From the NCBI RefSeq assembly GCF_009914755.1, contig NC_060932.1: DNA of 64,000 nucleotides; one strand, 5' to 3'. Every line of letters begins with the position of its first letter. Within the stretch, counting starts at the first letter, position 1. Shown in pieces: positions 1 to 13,852 of this stretch. A model generated the notes under the pieces. It was not told the DNA's origin, ran no database searches, and saw only the letters and a list, made by a program, of their open reading frames with translations. A program made the translations under genes and the position numbers. The stretch is from the human T2T-CHM13v2.0 reference genome, Homo sapiens.

Positions 1-50
1 AAAGCCTGGCCTGGGTTTCTGCCTCCATAAACCAAAATCAGCAGCTCTCA

Positions 51-463
51 CGTGGGCTGGGCACAGTCGCTGATTCAGTGGCCAGGAGGAGAGAGAAGGG
101 CGGCATTTGGGTTGGGAGAAGGTGCTGCTGTCATGTGGGCTGGGTGCAGTCGCTGATTACGTGGCCAGGAGGAGGGAGAAGGGCGGCATTTGGGTTGGGA
201 GAAGGTGCTGCTGTCACAGGACTGGGTGCAGTCGCTGATTCGGTGGCCAGGAGGAGGGAGAAGGGTGGCATTTGGGTTGGGAGAAGGTGCTGCTGTCACG
301 TGGGCTGGGTGCAGTCGCTGATTTCGTGGCCAGGAGGAGGGAGAAGGGCGGCATTTGGGTTGGGAGAAGGTGCTGCTGTCACAGGACTGGGTGCAGTCGC
401 TGATTCGGTGACCAGGAGGAGGGAGAAGGGCGGTGTTCAGGTTGGGAGAAGGTGCTGCTGTCA
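51..463. repeat. Minisatellite, 82/83-bp unit x5
   Basis: Unit ...ctgggtgcagtcgctgatt..gtggccaggaggagggagaagggcggcatttgggttgggagaaggtgctgctgtca starts near 51, 134, 217, 299 and 382; the last four alternate between two variants. Confidence 0.95.
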
Positions 464-839
464 CGGGACTGTGGCTACCTTGGGTGGATGGGAATTAGTT
501 CAGTTCCTCCCGCACTCGGTCATCCTGCAGTAGCTCAGCCTCCAGGACTCAGGCTGCCAGCGTGGGTGGCTGGGGAAGGGGAAGGGACCAGGAATGTACC
601 ATCTCAGGCCCAGGGAGCCACGTCCCCCCGCAGAGGCCAGGGATGCCTCCTGAACAAGCCTCATCTCCGTGAGATACAGCAGCCCTCAGGCCCCCACACG
701 GCGGTGGCTTCTGATTTCTAGGATCTATTTTATCTGAAACGATTAGTTCAAGACGGAAATGTTACTTCCCAGCAAATGGCTCAAACACATGTTGCCCTCA
801 TCCCATTCCATGAGAAGTTGGAAGTAAAATTAAAGTTCA

Positions 840-1226
<387 letters not shown>

Positions 1227-1959
1227 TTACGTGTGTCATAAAATACATATGATGAACTGACAGAGAAAGCCACTCAGAGAGAACCCAGCATGGCTATGTA
1301 GTGTGTCCAGGGACCACCCATGCTCCCCAGGAACTCCCTTCGAACCCACCGTCCAAAGCCAGGGTCAGGCAGCCTCGGGTATGGTTGGCTCAGGGTCCTG
1401 TTCCCAGGACGCTCCTGCCCCGGGTGGCCCCGAGCTGGTCCGGCCTCGCGTTGAGGGGTCCAGTGGTTTAAGCCTGAGTTCTGAACATGTGTCAAACAAA
1501 GCAATCCCATCCAGGAGGCGGTCGGGATACCCAAATCTCACTTGCATTTCCCAGCAAGCATTCGTGAAAACAGACTTGCTGACCAGGCACTGGCCACGTT
1601 GAACATGGTGTGAGCGGCCCAGGCCCTCCTCCGTCAGATGGGCCTGGAGCACGGGGTGGGCGAGCAGGTGCAGCCACGAGGGCTTCAGGAGCTGTGGAGG
1701 CGATGGTGTGGTTTGAGCTGATTCACAAGCTCTGCTGGGGTTTTCTTTCCATCTTGTGACCTGGGCCTTCCAGGGAGCTGCACGCGCTCCTGGGACACGT
1801 GGAGCTTTCACAGTTGTCCTGAGGGAAGAGGAAAAATATCAGGCACATAACAACTGAGGAAGGAGCTGAAACCTGGAAGAAAAAGACCAAAGTATCATGG
1901 GAAAAAAAGGGAAATCAACAGAATTCACTGAATGTCGCAACAGCCGCCTTCCTGAAGAG

Positions 1960-3162
1960 CTTCCTTCCAGCTGAGCTCCCAGGCAAGTCACTGTCCCCAA
2001 AGCCACGTTCCAGGACAGCACCCATCCAGGACAGCTCCCTTCCAGGACAGCACCCGTCCAGGACAGCTCCCTTCCAGGACAACACCCTTCCAGGACGGCT
2101 CCCTTCCAGGACGACACCCTTCCAGGACGGCACCCTTCCAGGACGGCACCCTTCCAGGATGGCACCCTTCCAGAATGGCATCCTTCCAGGACGACACCCT
2201 TCCAGGACAGCTCCCTTCCAGGATGACACCCTTCCAGGATGGCTCCCTTCCAGGACGGCACCTTTCCAGGACAACACCCTTCCAGGACGGCACCCTTCCG
2301 GGACGGCACCCTTCCAGGACAGCTCCTTTCCAGGACAACACCCTTCCAGGATAGCTTCCTTCCAGGGTAGCTCCCTTACAGGTCAGCATCCTTCCAGGAC
2401 AACACCCTTCCAGGACGGCACCCTTCCAGGACCGCACCCTTCCAGGACGGCACCCTTTTAGGACGACACTCTTCCAGGACAGCTCCCTTCCAGGACGGCT
2501 CCCTTCCAGGACAACACCCTTCCAGGACGGCTCCCTTCCAGGACAGCAACCTTCCAGGACAACACCTTTCCAGGACAGCACCCTTCCAGGACAGCTCCCT
2601 TCCAAGAAAGCACCCGTCCAGGACAGCTCCCTTCCAGCACAGCTCCCTTCCAGGAAAGCACCTGTCCAGGACAGCACCCTTCCAGGACAACACCCTTCCA
2701 GGACAGCACCCTTCCAGGACAGCTCCCTTCCAGGACGACACCCTTCCAGGACAACACCCTTCCAGGACAGCTCCCTTCCAGGACAGCAACCTTCCAGGAC
2801 AACACCCTTCCAGGACAACACCCTTCCAGGACAGCACCCTTCCAGGACAACACTCTTCCAGGACGGCTCCCTTCTAGGACAACGCCCTTCCAGGACGGCA
2901 CCCTTCCAGGACAACACCCTTCCAGGATGGCACCCTTCCAGGATAGCTCCCTTTCAGGCTGGCTTCCTTCCAGCTGAGCTCCCAGGCAGTAAGTCACCAT
3001 CCCCAAAGCCACCTTCCAGGACAGCTCCCTTCCAGGACGGCACCCTTCCAGGAAAGCACCCTTCCAGGACAATACCCTTCCAGGACGACTCCCTTCCAGG
3101 ACGGCTCTCTTCCAGGACAGCTCCCTTCCTGCTGAGCTCCCAGGCAGCTAGTCACTGTCTCC
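1960..3162. repeat. Compound VNTR: 16-bp unit tccaggac(a/g)(g/a)c(a/t)ccct, about 59 + about 7 copies, with three copies of a ~50-bp boundary
   Basis: The 16-bp period is directly visible; the boundary gctgagctcccaggca..gtcac lies at ~1960, ~2963 and ~3121. Confidence 0.95.
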
Positions 3163-3466
3163 AATGACTGAAGGCAGATAGAGGGGAGACAGGGCCAGGA
3201 AGAGCTGTCAGGGGCTGGAGACACGTCCCTCACCTTTCATTCTCCATGCTGAAAGTGACCTTGGGGGCCAGAAGGGCTCACTGCCTCACGCCTCACCGTC
3301 CTGGCCTCCAGCGAAGCACCGGGACGTAGAGAGGCCATCAGATTGCAGCAGGATGATCATTATCATATCAGAAGCTGACCTTCCTATGCAAGAGTTTCAG
3401 AGGAGGACATAGAATCACTCTTCACAAAAAAAAAGTAGTATCTGAGTAGAGAAAAAGCACAAACCA

Positions 3467-4594
3467 TGTGAGGGAAAACACACCACAGTGGTTTTTCTAT
3501 TTTCTCACTCAACAGCAACCAACACAGGAGACTTCGATGACCAAATGTTGGGGGCTTCTCCCCACCACCCAGCAGGTGACCAGCTCTGCAGGGGTCACCA
3601 GCCAGGGGTCCTCTAATTCAGCACATTCACCTGGCGGGAACCTCAGGTCCCACAGGGGGAGGGCTGGGTCCCCAAGACCACCCACGACTTTGGATGCTGA
3701 TCACAAGCTCCAGGAGCTTCTAACCAGCCAGTGGTAAACCGAGGCTCCTGCAAGCCCCCCACACGTGGGTTGCATTCATTTGCTGGAGTGGCTCCCGAAA
3801 CTCTGGGAAGCACCCATGTTTGGTGGTTTATTATAAAGGATACAGATGAAGAGATGAGCAGAGCGAAGGGAAGAGATGAGCAGAGGGAAGGGGACAGATG
3901 AAGAGATGAGCAGAGCGAAGGGAAGAGATGAGCAGAGGGAAGGGGACAGATGAAGAGATGAGCAGAGGGAAGGGGCGTGGGGTTCCATTAATTTGCTAGA
4001 GTGGCTCCCAGAACTCTGGGAAGCACCCATGTTTGGTGGTTTATTATAAAGGATACAGGTGAAGAGATGAGCAAGGGAAGGGGCATGGAGTTTCTGTGCC
4101 TCCCAGGGCACCACCCTCCAGGAACCTCCACGGGTTCAGGTGTCTGGAAGCTCCACAAAAACCCCGATCCCAGTGCTAGGGCGTTTTGTGGAGACTCCAC
4201 TGGATGGGCGTGACTGAGGCTCAGACAGCCGTGTGGAAATGGGACTGGAGAAAGTCGCTGCGCTCTGTGTTGCTAGCAGACCAAGGGTGGAAACTAGCAA
4301 GGCCTATGTGTTCAGACTCTTCCCGGCCCCTCTGTGCCGCGTTTCTTCCTCAGGGGCGTGAGGTAGGACCCTCTGGGGTGAGGGTTTTGGGACTCACAAT
4401 GAGAAAGGTGGGTCAGAGAATGTCTTTATGGCCAACGCCATGACAGAAAGGCCGGGAAAGGTCCCTGCCTTGGGGAGAGAAAGGAGCAGTGAACGGAGTG
4501 GGAGGTCAGAGAGAGACTCCCAACGTTACAGCAGAGGCCGTGGGAGTCATGAGGCGGGCACCGTGGGCGAAAGCCGGTTGCATCCATCGTGACA
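3467..4594 (-). mobile_element. MER21-family solo LTR (ERVL) with an internal ~213-bp duplication
   Basis: TG...CA ends; MER21-type segment tttgctagagtggctcccagaactc...tttattataaaggataca occurs twice (~3779 and ~3992). Confidence 0.7.
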
Positions 4595-5056
4595 GCGCCG
4601 TCTGCTTGTGCTGTCTGACATACTTTGCATTTTGAGTAATAAATTAACCATATTCGTGTTGGAGCGTTTAGGTTGAAGTCAAGTGTGCTCTTGACCCACA
4701 TGGAGAAATAGTCAGAGGGGTCAAACCGACAGTAAAATAAAATATTAGACTCTTTACTAATCCACAGAGTGGGCTTTGCTTTTTTATCATTTGGACTTGA
4801 ATGGCTTAACTGACAATTTGGTGCCAGGCAACCTGAGCCAAGCAGAGCAGTGATGAGGCCCAGCCGACCCTCATCCTCAGCCGTGGCTGCCGCAGGAGAC
4901 ATTTCCCCCCTCCCTTTTCCTCTTTTGGGCTGGAAATCTGCCCACTGGAACCACGCGTGCAGTGACCCTGTGGAGACACGGTGGCTCAAAAGGGAATTTT
5001 TTTTCTTGGCACAGGGTATCAGGTACCAGGGTATAACTTTTCCAGACATCTCAATT

Positions 5057-5087
5057 TGTGTGTGTGTGTGTGTGTATGTGTGTGTGT
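5057..5087. repeat. (TG)n microsatellite
   Basis: tgtgtgtgtgtgtgtgtgtatgtgtgtgtgt. Confidence 0.9.
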
Positions 5088-6668
5088 CTGGCCCATATGT
5101 GATAAAAACCTTAATTTCAGTACTTTCCAGAACTCTCAGGTGCCGAGAACTTACCTAAATTCATAGTAGTAACATTTTGGATTAAAGAGCTGCTGCTATT
5201 TCTGCTCAGTGGCATTTCTCTGTTAGATACAGAGGCTGTGTGTGCCATGCAGCTCTCAGTGAGAGGAAGGAAATGATCACCATTGCGTGGATAGTGGTGT
5301 GATGTGGTTGGTGAGACGTGTGGTAATTACTGTTTTCCAGGAAGTGGCCAGAACCTAGGAGCTACCAGGCCAGGGAGAAGCTGCTTCTTTTCTTTCTTTC
5401 TTCTACTTTTTCTTTTTTTTTCCCTTAACTACAGCCTAAACACACCTTTTAGAAATTAGTTTAAAAGAGAGCTAGTTATAGAAGTGATTTTAAATTTTTG
5501 TAAAAAGTGGCTGAAAGGCTGAACACTTTGAAGCTTCAAGAAAGTGGGGGGGATGTGGGCAGATGGGATTTTGCCGGGTGATAAAGAAGACGAATGCCCG
5601 GCCCCGGGACCAGGATGGTCAGTCCCAGATCCAGCCAGAGGGAGGGAGGGTCCGGCAGGGGCCTGGGAGGGTCAGTCCCAGATCCAGCCAGAGGGAGGAG
5701 GGGTCCAGCAGGGGCCCAGGAGGTCTCTCATCGTCATGCATGGCTTCTCTGTTGGATGTCACTGAGTGTCCTTCACCACGGTCCCTCCCCCCAGCCCCAC
5801 TGCACCCTCATATCCACATCCAGCCCTCCTTATGGTCCTCCTGCAGTCCCTGTTCCTCAGACCCATCCCCATGTGACTGTACTTCCCATTCACGGCCCCC
5901 CACAGCCCCCCAGAGCTCTGCCTTCTACCTCCTCAGGACACCTCCCAGGAGCTCCAGAGAGACCCAGGACCCCCACTCACCAAGAGGCCCCCTCACTAGA
6001 CCCGTTGAAGGCAGGGACTCCGTGACCTCGGCTCCAGACCCCCATTACCTTGGCAGAGCCCAGCACAAGCTGGCGTTTGCTGAGTGGATGGGAGACCACG
6101 GGCATTTGGTGTGCACAGAGGGAGGGTTTCAGGGAGTGTTCGTGTCAAGTGGACAGACTGCCCTGCCCACCTTCCCATAAGCCTGCACATTTTAGCCCCC
6201 AGCACAGAACCACGGCAACGTCCCATCACTAAAGGGAGCGTGGCCTGGCTGCTCTCCATAGCTCACTGCTGCCAGTAAGGGGGGCAGAGTGGCAGAGACC
6301 ACCGTGGTTCTCAAACTGTGTCCCACAGTGCCTTGGGGTCCTGCGCCCTGCTGCAGGGGTGGCGCCAGGGTGAGAAGCTGACTTGGCTCTGAGATCCCAG
6401 ATCCCCCCTGGTCAGGAGGCCACCACATCATACAGCTTTGTTTCACTAAACATAAATAAATAAATACGTTCTGAGGCTACACATTTTTGAAAAGTGTTAC
6501 CCAGCTGGAACCGTGCTAATTCTTTCAGCCTCCTGTTCTAAGAGAGAATCTTTGTGCTGCAAAGTGGGGGCACTGTGGCTTGCATCTTGACCCCTGTACA
6601 GAGACACTTTCAGAAATCACTTGCCAAAGACGTGGACCCAGGGTCACAGGAGCAGGGAGGTCCAGGCA

Positions 6669-7085
6669 GGCCCTGAGTCCCCAGCAGCCTCGGTCCCTTC
6701 TGAGAACCTCCCCAGTTCACACAGCGTGGATCCGGGCTGGCCCTGTGTCCTCTGCAGCCTCGGTCGGTTCTGAGAATTGTGCCCTGTTCACACAGCGTAG
6801 ATCCGGGCTGGTCCTGAGTCCCCAGCAGCCTCGGTCCATTCTGAGAACCTCGCCTGTTCACACGGCGTGGATCTGGGCTGGTCCTGAGTCCCCAGCAGCC
6901 TCAGTCCATTCTGAGAACCTCGCCTGTTCACACGGCGTGGATCCGGGCTGGTCCTGAGTCCCCAACAGCCATGGTTTCTTCTGAGAACCTCCCCGGTTCA
7001 CATCGCATGGATCCGGGCTGGCCCTGAGTCCTTAGCAGCCATGGTGGGTTCTGAGAACCACACCTGTTCCAACACATGGATCCCA
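6669..7085. repeat. Minisatellite, 70-bp unit x6
   Basis: gg(c/t)cctgagtccccagcagcc...ttctgagaacc...ggatccgggct starts at 6669, 6739, 6810, 6880, 6950 and 7020. Confidence 0.95.
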
Positions 7086-7184
7086 AGCCTTAGGCTCCTG
7101 GTGCCACCAGGTCAGGACCCCGGCATCCCTCCACCCTTGAAGGAAACCTGGGAAGCCTGTGCTTTGGGGCCAGTGCATTCCTCG

Positions 7185-7610
7185 CTTTATTTACTGGGGC
7201 TGCCGTAAAACGTGACTCCAGCCTGGGCAGTGTAAACCACAGAAAGGCATCTTCTCGCCATTCTGGATGCCAGAAGACCAAAGCTGAGGCATGGGCAGAG
7301 CTGCACTCCCACTGCAGGCTCTGAAAACCCTCCTCTTCCCTCCCACTCTCCATGGATGCCAGCAGCTTGTGGTGACCGTCATCCTGGGGCCACGCTGCCC
7401 GGCCCAGACTCTCTTCCCGTGTCCATCCTGCTGTGCTCACTCCAGCCTCTCTCTCTCCTTAGAAAGACATCGTCCTGGTATTAGGACCACCTTCCCTCTG
7501 TACGACCTCATCTGAACTTGGGGCCACTGCAAAGACCAAGGTCAGAGTCACAGGCTCCGGGATGAGGCTGTCAACACATCCTTCTAGGGGACACAGTTCA
7601 ACGCATGACA
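7185..7610 (-). mobile_element. MLT1-family MaLR LTR (diverged)
   Basis: ggggctgccgtaaaa...ttctggatgccagaag...ggggacacagttcaac pattern typical of MLT1. Confidence 0.7.
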
Positions 7611-8399
7611 TGTCCTGTCATTCATTCTATGAAAGAAATCCATGCTGGGCGCCCCGTGTCCAGCTGGGATGTGAGCACCAGGCAGAGGCCTGCCCTAAAA
7701 GCTGTGGCAGATCCTCCAGTCCTGGGGCTTCCTCCCCTCACCCAGCTCCTGCACAGTGAAGGGTGGCTGTGGCCAGCAGCAGTGGCCGTGACAGCAGCCA
7801 CCCTGGCTCCCAGGACAACACCTTGCGGCATTCAGCTCTGAGCTGCTCCCTGCCCAGCAGGCCCCGTACGAGAGCGAAGCGGGCTTTATTCTGGCTCCTA
7901 GGAGCCGGCTGTTAATGCGTGGCCACCATCTCCTCAGGAGACCCTCCATGTGGCCACCAAGGGCAGCAAACTGCAGTACATCCCTCTCTGCCATTTCCTG
8001 TGCAGGAGAGGTTTCTTCGGAAGCTACTGGAAAGCAGCCTGGAGAGAGACGTCTGCTGCTGAGGACCTTGCCTGCTCCTTCGCTGCCTTACTGAGCTTCC
8101 TCAGAAGAACCTCCCACGTATTCGTATTTTCACTGGCAGCTCTTGGGCAACGTGAAATCACCAATGCATCTGCCTCACCCCAAGATGATTCTCACGTCAG
8201 AAGCACCTGCTCTGCACGTGCCTGAGAATTCTTTTTTGTATTAAATTTATTATTTGTTGCCCTAAATAAAACCAACCCCAGAAATGGGCCCTCCTTGAAG
8301 TGCTGCCATTGTTTGAGAGGAACCAACTTTAAAAGTCCATGTATGACCCTCGATTATTTCTCCAGGAGATGCACAAAATACAGACTCCTATAAAACTCA

Positions 8400-8701
<302 letters not shown>

Positions 8702-9267
8702 GCCTCAGTTGTGGCTGCTGAAAGACAGGATCATGCCAGACCATGGATGCTTCACTCCGCTGTCTCGCTGGACGTCTACACTGTCGCCTGTGTTAAGTCC
8801 TGGCAGCCAGGTGCTCCATCCAGCACTTCTCAGCCCCCAATGCCATCCTTCATCCCTCAGCTGGTGCCACCAAGTGAGCCCCGCTGGTTCCTTACAACCT
8901 GAGTCCACCACAGTGGGAGCTGGATTCATTCTGAGTGGCCGATGCAGTGGCATGGCAGCTGATAGATATGTTTAATATCATCCCTGCTGAAATCCCTCCC
9001 GCCACCTGCTCTCTTCTGAATACTTTCACAGAATCGTTTAAATACAACAAAATCCATGGGCCAGTCACACGCAGAAGCACATATTGGAATCCTATTCTAT
9101 TCTCTCTTAAATATTTGATGTTTGACTAAATCCCAAGCCACTGAATAAATAGTTTAACAGAACAAAAGTGAAAGTGACTAATCTCTCAGCACAATCCTAC
9201 CATTTTAAGATCCTGTAGCTCCACGTGGATATTCCATGATGAAGGCATCACCGACCACGGCCTCCCC

Positions 9268-9901
9268 TTCCCCGACTCCTCCATCCTTTCCCGACCCCTC
9301 CAGGCTTTCCCGACCCCTCCAGCCTTTCCCGACCCCTCCAGGCTTTCACGACCCCTCCAGCCTTTCCCGACCCCTCCAGGCTTTCCCGACCCCTGCAGCC
9401 TTTCCCGACCCCTCCAGGCTTTCCCGACCCCTCCAGCCTTTCCCGACCCCTCCAGCCTTTCCCGACCCCTCCAGGCTTTCCCGACCCCTCCAGCCTTTCC
9501 CGACCCCTCCAGCCTTTCCCGACCCCTCCAGCCTTTCCCGACCCCTCCAGCCTTTCCCGACCCCTCCAGCCTTTCCCGACCCCTCCAGGCTTTCCCGACC
9601 CCTCCAGCCTTTCCCGACCCCTCCAGGCTTTCCCGACCCCTCCATCCTTTCCCGACCCCTCCAGCCTTTCCCGACCCCTCCAGCTTTTCCCGACCCCTCC
9701 AGCCTTTCCCGACCCCTCCAGGCTTTCCCGACCCCTCCAGCCTTTCCCGACCCCTCCAGGCTTTCCCGACCCCTGCAGCCTTTCCCGACCCCTCCAGGCT
9801 TTCCCGACCCCTCCAGCCTTTCCCGACCCCTCCAGCCTTTCCCGACCCCTGCAGGCTTTCCCGACCCCTCCAGCCTTTCCCGACCCCTCCAGCCTTTCCC
9901 G
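9268..9901. repeat. Minisatellite, 19-bp unit cag(c/g)ctttcccgacccctc, about 33 copies
   Basis: Clear 19-bp period; C-rich + strand and G-rich - strand. Confidence 0.95.
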
Positions 9902-11244
9902 CCAGCTGCTGACCTCCACACTCTGTCCCCAGCACAGCTCCCAAACAAGGCTTCCATCTGCCTGTGACGCAGGACATCCCCAGCCTCCTCACCTCTGTCA
10001 GAGGCCTGTGCACCATGGCCAACCCAGCCTCTGCGATGCCCTCCCCTCCCCTCCCAGCCTCCTCCTAACCTCCTCTGCGACGCCCTCCCCTCCCCAGCCT
10101 CCCTCCTAACCTCCTCTCACCTCCTGCCCACAGCCCACTCATCCCTGAATTAAGGGATCCTCAAACAACCACCCCACACACCTCCCTTTATGAGCATGGG
10201 AAATGCCTCTTCAAGACCAAGAAGGGTTCATATCCATCAGCAGCTGGTGACGGACCATGCTGTGTAGGAATTCACCCTTGCTACTCCCATCCTTGGGTTC
10301 AAATCCCACCTTTGTGGCTAAAGCTGGGTGAAATCACATCAAACTCTCCAAGTCTTCTTTTCTTCCAGGAGCTCACAAGTGCCGTGACAGTTGAATGGGG
10401 CTCTGCGCAGGCCTGCGGTCCGTAAACGGTTGTGATTGCAACCACTTCTTGTGCCCAGTACAACATCATTAAATCGTTCTTTAATCCTTCATTAAATAAA
10501 CTTGTATTTAGCGGTGGTCTCTGTGCCAGGCACTACGTTAAGGATAAAGCAGTGAGCACCAACAAGCCCTGGTCTCATAGCAGCCACGATTGAGCGTGGG
10601 AGTGAGACAGAGGGCCTGAGGCGTAAACAAGTGCCCCTCCACAGTGAGAACGCAGAGCAGGACATGCAGAGCTCAGACGGGGCCGCACTGGGGAGGTGAT
10701 GCTGGAGGAAATCCTTGCAGCAGGAGGGATGCCTGCCGCCATGTTGGGAGGGGAGGGGGGTTGAGCCATGCGGTAGAGCGGCTGTGCACCAGATGCAGGG
10801 CCGGAGCAGGAGAGGACGCAGCTGGGAGGGAGGCCAGGGGCGCAGGTGCCATCATCCCTTCAGGCCCTTCTGGTAAATCCCAAAGCGGGTGTGGCCCTTG
10901 CAGTTGGTTTTGTTATGTTGGTGATTTTCATTTTGTTTTTTAGTGAGAATGACATGGTCTGGTATACATATTTCCAGAATTGCTTCCACTTTGTTTCTTT
11001 TGAAATCACTAAACAAGGACAAGGGTAGAAGCAAGGAGATGAAGCAGGAAATGTCAGGGTCTCGGGCCCGAGTGCCAGCAGTGGAGACGCTGAGGTCAGA
11101 TTGAGGAGGATGGAATAATACATGATGTAAACAATCCTCAAGATATACAGGTTCAGAATCGAAGCTCAGCAGGTATTTTCTACAGATGAGGCAAGGGGTG
11201 CAGCTGCCAGCCAGCCACAGTGGTCTCTGCAGAAAGTTAACCCT

Positions 11245-12150
<906 letters not shown>

Positions 12151-12152
12151 TA

Positions 12153-12512
12153 TGGTATGGTTTGGCTGTGTCCCCACCCAAATCTCATTGTGAATGGCAG
12201 CTCCCATAATCTCCACTGTTGTGGGAGGGACCCAGTGGGAGATCACTGAATCATGGGGTGGGTCCCTCCATACTGTTCTCATGGTAGTGAATACATCTCA
12301 TGAGACCTGATGATTTTCTGAGGGGTTTCCCATTTTGCTTGGCTTCCATTGTCTCTTGTCTGCCACCATGTAAGACCTGCCTTTCACCTTCCACCATGAT
12401 TGTGAGGCCTCCCCAGCCATGTGGAGCTGTGAGTCCATTAAACCTCTTTTTCTGTGTAAATTACCCAGTCTTGTATATGTCTTCATCAGCAGCATGAAAA
12501 CAGACTAATACA
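12153..12512 (+). mobile_element. THE1 (C/D-like) MaLR solo LTR
   Basis: tggtatggtttggctgtgtccccacccaaatctca ... cagcagcatgaaaacagactaataca. Confidence 0.9.
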
Positions 12513-13084
12513 TGAGCAGTGTACATTCTGCCCAATGTGTAGCCTTTTATCCTTCCCCCCTTCCCCCCGAGTCCCCAAAGTCCATTGTATCATTCTTACG
12601 CCTTTGCATCCTCATCGTTTAGCTCCCTCTTACAAGCAAGAACATTCAATATTTGGCTTTCCATTCCTGAGTTACTTCCCTTAGAATAATGGTCTCCAAC
12701 TCCATCCAGGTTGTTGAGAATGATATTATTTTATTCCGTTTTTTGGCTGATTTGTATTCCATGGTATATGTATACCACAGTTTCTTTATCCACTTATTGA
12801 TTGATGGGCATTTGGGCTGGTTCCGTGTTTTTGTGATTGTGAATTGTGCTGCTATAAACACGTGTGTGCAAGTGTCTTTTTCATACGACTTCTTTCCCTC
12901 TGGGTAGATACTCAGGAGTGGGGTTGCTGGGTCAAACGGTGGGTCTACTCTTAGTTCTTCAAGGAATCTCCTCACTGTTTTCCATAGTGGTTGTACTGGT
13001 TTACATTCCCACCAGCAGTGCAGAAGTGTTTCCTTTTTATCACGTCCACGCCAACATTATTTTTTGATTCTTTGATTATGACCA
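12513..13084 (-). mobile_element. L1PB-like 3' fragment
   Basis: ORF 12646..12975 resembles the L1 ORF2p C-terminus (PFDPATPLL...IAAQFTI...NQPKCPS...KKLWY); L1PB-type 3'UTR gagtccccaaagtccattgtatcattct. Confidence 0.85.
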
Positions 13085-13852
13085 ATGAGTAGGCACCTCT
13101 CAAAAGAAAGAAGACATACAAGTGGGCAGAAAACATGATAAAATGCTCATCATCAGTAATCATCTGAGAAATGCAAATCAAAACCACAGTAAGATACGAT
13201 CTCACATCAGTCAAAAATGGCTTTTGTTAAAAGGTTAAAAATAACCTGTTTAACAGGTTGGCAAGGCTATGGGGAAAGGGAATGCTTATACACTGCCAGT
13301 GCGAGCGTACATTGGTTCAGCCCCTGTGGAAAGCAGTTTGTAGATTTCTCAAAGAACTGAGAGTTGAACTACCGTTTGACCCCATAATGCTATTACTAGG
13401 TATATAGCCAAAGAAAAATAAATCATTCTTCCAAAGGGCACATGCCCCCATACAGACATCACAGCACTATTCGCAACAGGAAAGACATGGCCTCAACCTA
13501 GATGCCCATCAAAGGGGGATTGAATAAAGAAAATATAGTGCATACACACCATGGAATACTACGCAGCCATCAGGAAGAATGAGATCATGTCCTCGCAGAG
13601 ACACGGGTGTAGTCAGAGTCACTATCCTAAGTGAATCAACACAAATACTGCACGTTCTCACTCATAAGTGGGAGCTAAACATTGGGCACACGTGGACACA
13701 GAGACGGGAACAAGACACCGGGAACTACTGTGCTCACTACCTGGGTGACAGTATCCGTCATACCCCAAACCTCAGCATCACACAATCAACCTACATAACA
13801 CACCTGCATGTGTACCCTCAATTCTAAAATAAACGTTAAAAAAGAAAAAAAA
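13085..13852 (+). mobile_element. L1 (PB/MA-type) 3' fragment with A tail
   Basis: gaaatgcaaatcaaaaccaca ... gttctcactcataagtgggagctaaac ... aataaa followed by A tail. Confidence 0.85.

Noticed and set aside
1839-3072. Long ORFs up to 309 aa
   Set aside because: They are translations of a stop-free 16-bp repeat and are open in several frames at once.
9186-10022. ORFs of 203-278 aa on both strands
   Set aside because: Artefacts of the 19-bp VNTR.
12408-12420. THE1 PRDM9 hotspot motif position
   Set aside because: It reads CCTCCCCAGCCAT, not the hotspot-associated CCTCCCTAGCCAC.
12646-12975. ORF similar to the L1 ORF2p C-terminus
   Set aside because: Dead truncated L1 fragment, not a host gene.
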